Virus record (IMG/VR): IMGVR_UViG_3300008108_000006
From: a virus
Taxonomy: Duplodnaviria; Heunggongvirae; Uroviricota; Caudoviricetes
Reading direction: 5' to 3' (one strand)
DNA: 64,000 nt
The translations under genes and the position numbers were made by a program. The notes under the pieces are model-generated. The model saw nothing but the letters and a program-made list of their open reading frames with translations, had not been told where the DNA came from and searched no databases. Shown in pieces: positions 63,176-64,000 of this stretch (position 1 is the stretch's first letter; each line of letters begins with the position of its first letter).

Positions 63176-64000
63176 TTACTTAATTTCATAATAATACTCA
63201 TCAATCTTACCCTGAAGTTCGGCGATGTCCTTATCATCGGGTAATCTCAATATTTCAATACGACCGAATAACCTACCGCCATTCAATTCGTGATACAAAG
63301 ATAATGCATTTTTCCAAGCATCGCCATCCAATGCAATAATTATTTTTCCTTTTGCATCATTATATAACTTATCCATCAGTTTTTGAGATAAATGTTTTCC
63401 CAACATAACCACAGGATTATCCAAGAACAACGCATCAAATACACCCTCAACCAAAAAGATATCCTTATTCCAATCAACTCTACTCTCGTTGAAAATAATC
63501 TCGTCTTTCGGATAATCAGGATTTCTGTATTTACTCTTTGAGTGTTTGTTCCACGATCTTGCAATATAATAATTCAACTGACCTTCTTGGTCATACGAAG
63601 GAATAATAATACGACCCATAAAATCACCCTTATCACAAAATCCAATGTCGTATTTTTCAATCATCTCATCGGTAATGAAACGACTTTTCAAATAATTCAT
63701 CGCTTCTTTATAAACCGGATATCTCGGATTTGAATCCTTAAACTTCGTATAACTTGGTGGTAATTTAATCTTCGGAACTTTCGGTCTATCAGGTTTCACC
63801 TCTTCGGGTGCCAAAATAGAATAAGTCCTCTTTTGTTTCTTCGTTCCCCAAGTATCAAATAATTTACCCAATGGTCCGTGAGTTCCATTATCATCCGAAC
63901 AACTCCAACACTTATAAACGTGTCGGAAATAATTAACCTCAAAATTCCCTTTATTCCTACCCTCATCACACGCGGGGCAGTTAAACGAGATCTGTCCTTT
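63176..64000 (-). CDS. DNA primase (zinc finger + TOPRIM), 5-prime end outside window
   Basis: Frame stays open to window edge: NCPACDE...KCWSC zinc finger; IIIPSY, YYIARS, LVEGVFDAL, IALDGDA. Confidence 0.88.
   Translation of the reverse strand, partial: KGQISFNCPACDEGRNKGNFEVNYFRHVYKCWSCSDDNGTHGPLGKLFDTWGTKKQKRTYSILAPEEVKPDRPKVPKIKLPPSYTKFKDSNPRYPVYKEAMNYLKSRFITDEMIEKYDIGFCDKGDFMGRIIIPSYDQEGQLNYYIARSWNKHSKSKYRNPDYPKDEIIFNESRVDWNKDIFLVEGVFDALFLDNPVVMLGKHLSQKLMDKLYNDAKGKIIIALDGDAWKNALSLYHELNGGRLFGRIEILRLPDDKDIAELQGKIDEYYYEIK

Noticed and set aside
2196-63733. Many short antisense or alternate-frame ORFs in the track (e.g. 2196, 5157, 9440, 14492, 27199, 32631, 36141, 36753, 42497, 50501, 58218, 62544)
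   Set aside because: They lie inside longer, motif-supported genes on the other strand or frame and have no recognisable motifs; treated as shadow ORFs
1-64000. Stop-codon recoding (alternative genetic code)
   Set aside because: Standard-code ORFs tile the window densely and conserved enzymes are full length; the only split gene (thyA) is explained by an insertion
1-64000. Eukaryotic giant virus or bacterial chromosome origin
   Set aside because: Sigma-70, Bacteroidota-type promoters, peptidoglycan hydrolases, a tail-tube gene and the absence of housekeeping operons indicate a bacteriophage

Overview
AT-rich, densely coding fragment of a large (jumbo-type) tailed phage, mostly transcribed from the minus strand. 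The host is most likely Bacteroidota: there are TTTG-N18/21-TAnnTTTG promoters, Omp28-like and histone-H1-like (Hc1) genes, and A/T-rich start regions without evident Shine-Dalgarno motifs. Recognisable genes include purA, folA, a thyA split in two by an HNH cassette, two DNA methyltransferases, DnaJ, thioredoxin, glutaredoxin, a sigma-70 factor, SbcC/SbcD, a PD-(D/E)XK exonuclease, a primase, a T4 gp19-like tail tube and four peptidoglycan hydrolases. The most notable unexplained structure is as follows. (1) Over 20 proteins share short Glu-ending N-terminal leaders, mostly behind a TATTTAT motif; they look like capsid-loaded cargo and carry ART-, zincin-, GNAT- and LRR-like domains. (2) Two nuclease-free proteins are built of 12 and 5 tandem ~48-aa helical repeats whose variation is concentrated in one helix, suggesting a modular DNA-binding array. 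(3) An ~855-nt structured non-coding RNA with its own promoter and terminator is a GOLLD-like candidate. (4) A hammerhead-like hairpin, a MetK-derived pseudo-enzyme and a mini-HsdS protein are also present. All family assignments come from motif recognition by eye; no searches were run. No tRNA, rRNA or CRISPR array was found.
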